Of a DNA stretch of 24,830 bases, positions 22,846 through 24,830 are shown in pieces (position 1 is the stretch's first letter; each line of letters begins with the position of its first letter). A program made the translations under genes and the position numbers. The stretch is from Nitrosarchaeum sp. Lineage in GTDB: Archaea; Thermoproteota; Nitrososphaeria; Nitrososphaerales; Nitrosopumilaceae. Location: the NCBI GenBank assembly GCA_018334095.1, contig JAGXTE010000001.1, positions 30,001-54,830 of the forward strand, in the 5' to 3' direction. Below the pieces are notes generated by a model that had not been told where the DNA came from, did not search any database, and saw only the letters and a list, made by a program, of their open reading frames with translations.

Positions 22846-24830
22846 GTATTCTTCGATTCCAGGAGGTGTTGGTGCCAATCCTTTTCTCTTTCTGATTTCT
22901 GCAATTGCAGTTGCTGCAATAGATTTTGGCAGTTCAGTCCATGCCTTAAAGGATGTATTCCATGTTGCACGTCCTGCTGTTTGTCCTCTCATTGCTTCAG
23001 ATAGTGTAAATGTTTCAGATGCTGGAATTTCACCGACAATAATACTTGCAGCTCCTTTTTGTTGCATGTCAAGCACTTTGCCACGTTTGCCAGAAAGAAC
23101 GGTAGCTACGTTTCCTACCAAGTCAGTTGGAACTCGGACCTCAATTGCAAGCATTGGCTCCAAGATTGTAGTTCCTGCAGTTAGTAACGCTCCCATGCAT
23201 GCACGTCTAGATGCCGGTCCCAGTTGTGAAAGACCACGGTGTGCAGTATCCTCGTGAGGTACAAAGTGAGTAAAGATGAATTTGCAGTCCCTCATCTGCT
23301 CTTTGCAGAGTGGGCCTTCTTTCATTACTTCCTCAAATCCAGAGTTGATAGAGTCAGTTGACTCTTGAATAAATTGAACACCTTTTGTTCCGTTGATCAT
23401 TACGTTTCCACGTGGGTCTAGTTTCATGATTCTCTTAATTGTATCAGTATCCCATCCAGCGCCCTTTAGAAGGTCAGCTACAACTTTTTTGTCTTTCATG
23501 TCGCTGATTTCACCAGTTCTTAGCATGTGTGCGATTGCTGGCTCCAATGGCTCTACTTTCATGAAAATCTTGTTGTGTCTGTTTGGAGATTTTGACATGA
23601 TTGGCTCACATGTTCCTTTGACGGTTTCTCTGTAATTGATAAGAGGTTCAGATGTTATGATTTCTACTTTGGCGTCTTGAATTCTATGTGTTGCAACATC
23701 AAGGTGCAACACACCCATTCCAGCTACTAGTGTTTCGCCAGATTCTTCATCGATTTTTACTACAAGGTTAGGATCTTCAATTGTTAGTTGTTTGAGGACC
23801 TCGACAAGTTTTGGCAAGTCTTTTGGATGTTTTGGTTCTATTGCAACTTGCACGACAGGTTCTGATACATATTTGACTCCTTCAAACATTGGAATTCCTT
23901 TGACAGATGAAATTGTATTTCCTGCTCTAGCTTCAGTTAATCCTAATAATGCTGGAATGTTTCCTGCACCAAGCTCACCGACTTGTTCTCTTTGGTTTCC
24001 CATGAAAAAGTTTACAGATTGAACTCTTCCCTCTCTTTTTGCATCGATAATGTTTATTGTTTGTCCGTCCTTTATTGTTCCAGAGAATAATCTACCAATT
24101 GCAACAGGCCCTGCTGCAGGATCTAAGACCATGTTGACGACCATCATGATTGTTGGTCCGTCATCACTGCATGCCAAGAGTGCTTTACCAATATCAGATT
24201 CAAGGTCACCTTTCCAAATTTGAGGAATTCTGTACTTTTGAGCAACGTGTGGTGGTGGAACGTGTTTTACTACCATTCCCAACACTGCATCAGCCAAAGG
24301 AGCGCGTGCTACCAAATCTTCTACTTTTTCATTTTTGTAAGCATCAATGACATCTTTGAATGTAATGCCTTTTTCTTTCATGATATCTACGTTAAATGCC
24401 CATTTGTCTTTGGCAGAACCAAATGTGACGCTGGCATCTTGGATAGATACTTTCCATTTGTCTTTGTATTCAGGTTCAGCATAAGTGTCAACTAGTTGGT
24501 TAAAGCTAGACACTACACCTGCAAGTGTCTCTTGCATTTTTTCTGGTGTCAGACGTAATTCTTTGATTAGTCTGTCTACTTTGTTGATAAATAAAACTGG
24601 TCTTACTCTTTCTTCAAGGGCCATTCTTGTTACAGTCTCTGTCTGGGTCATGATTCCCTCGACTGCATCACATACTACAGTTGCGCCATCGATTGCCCTA
24701 AGACTTCGAATTACCCTTCCACTGAAATCTACGTGTCCGGGAGTATCAATCATGTTAATGACGAATTCTTTGTCTTTTTGTGTAAAGTGTAAAGTTACAT
24801 TTGCTTGGTAAATTGTAATTCCTCTTTCTT
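22831..24830 (-). CDS. fusA: translation elongation factor 2 (aEF-2), 5' end beyond window
   Basis: The track ORF starts at an internal Met, but the frame stays open upstream to the window edge (..ERGITIYQANVTLHFTQKDKEFVINMIDTPGHVDF..). It carries the G-domain DTPGH motif and the diphthamide-loop-like HEDTAHRGLSQ. Length and domain order are those of EF-2. Confidence 0.95.
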   Translation of the reverse strand, partial: ERGITIYQANVTLHFTQKDKEFVINMIDTPGHVDFSGRVIRSLRAIDGATVVCDAVEGIMTQTETVTRMALEERVRPVLFINKVDRLIKELRLTPEKMQETLAGVVSSFNQLVDTYAEPEYKDKWKVSIQDASVTFGSAKDKWAFNVDIMKEKGITFKDVIDAYKNEKVEDLVARAPLADAVLGMVVKHVPPPHVAQKYRIPQIWKGDLESDIGKALLACSDDGPTIMMVVNMVLDPAAGPVAIGRLFSGTIKDGQTINIIDAKREGRVQSVNFFMGNQREQVGELGAGNIPALLGLTEARAGNTISSVKGIPMFEGVKYVSEPVVQVAIEPKHPKDLPKLVEVLKQLTIEDPNLVVKIDEESGETLVAGMGVLHLDVATHRIQDAKVEIITSEPLINYRETVKGTCEPIMSKSPNRHNKIFMKVEPLEPAIAHMLRTGEISDMKDKKVVADLLKGAGWDTDTIKRIMKLDPRGNVMINGTKGVQFIQESTDSINSGFEEVMKEGPLCKEQMRDCKFIFTHFVPHEDTAHRGLSQLGPASRRACMGALLTAGTTILEPMLAIEVRVPTDLVGNVATVLSGKRGKVLDMQQKGAASIIVGEIPASETFTLSEAMRGQTAGRATWNTSFKAWTELPKSIAATAIAEIRKRKGLAPTPPGIEEYIDRE

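Noticed and set aside
22844-24811. Plus-strand ORFs inside the EF-2 region (22844-23257, 23393-23635, 23792-24022, 24150-24350, 24220-24495, 24485-24811)
   Set aside because: They are antisense to a strongly supported, highly conserved EF-2 reading frame. Their compositions are low-complexity S/C/F-rich, typical of shadow ORFs.
1-24830. Cas1 as part of a CRISPR-Cas locus
   Set aside because: No array of short direct repeats with unique spacers is visible in any intergenic region. The longest non-coding gaps are ~300 bp, AT-rich and non-periodic. There is no Cas2-like small ORF next to cas1 and no other cas genes. The gene lies between TIRs with a polymerase instead.

Overview
The window is AT-rich archaeal DNA. 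An archaeal EF-2 gene and a cupredoxin with a PEFG-CTERM sorting tail point to a Nitrosopumilus-like ammonia-oxidising thaumarchaeon. Positions 1-11040 hold ordinary small, compact genes: a blue copper protein, a cupin, a SnoaL-like protein, a CPA2 antiporter, an MgtC-family protein and many short hypotheticals. The main feature is an ~11.7-kb self-synthesising transposon of the casposon type at 11133-22830. It has 53-bp imperfect terminal inverted repeats (46/53 identical) and a 15-bp direct target-site duplication, ttattctctatcgat. That duplication is the last four codons plus the stop codon of the EF-2 gene on the minus strand. The element encodes a stand-alone Cas1 homolog (casposase) with the E/H/D catalytic residues, and the window has no CRISPR array and no cas2. 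It also encodes a protein-primed family-B DNA polymerase with all Exo and Pol motifs, wHTH and AbrB-like regulators, and a right-arm cargo block. The cargo is a double-zinc-ribbon protein, a RecB-like PD-(D/E)xK nuclease, a NERD nuclease, a tyrosine recombinase and a SIR2-like putative NADase, which looks like a defence/accessory module. A degenerate copy of the right TIR lies directly against the left duplication copy, which suggests an earlier insertion at the same EF-2 site. Casposons are an established class, and thaumarchaeal polymerase-encoding ones are family 1. The potentially new aspects here are the cargo, the second integrase and the serial-insertion footprint. All calls come from reading the sequence and the ORF track by eye; no searches were run.
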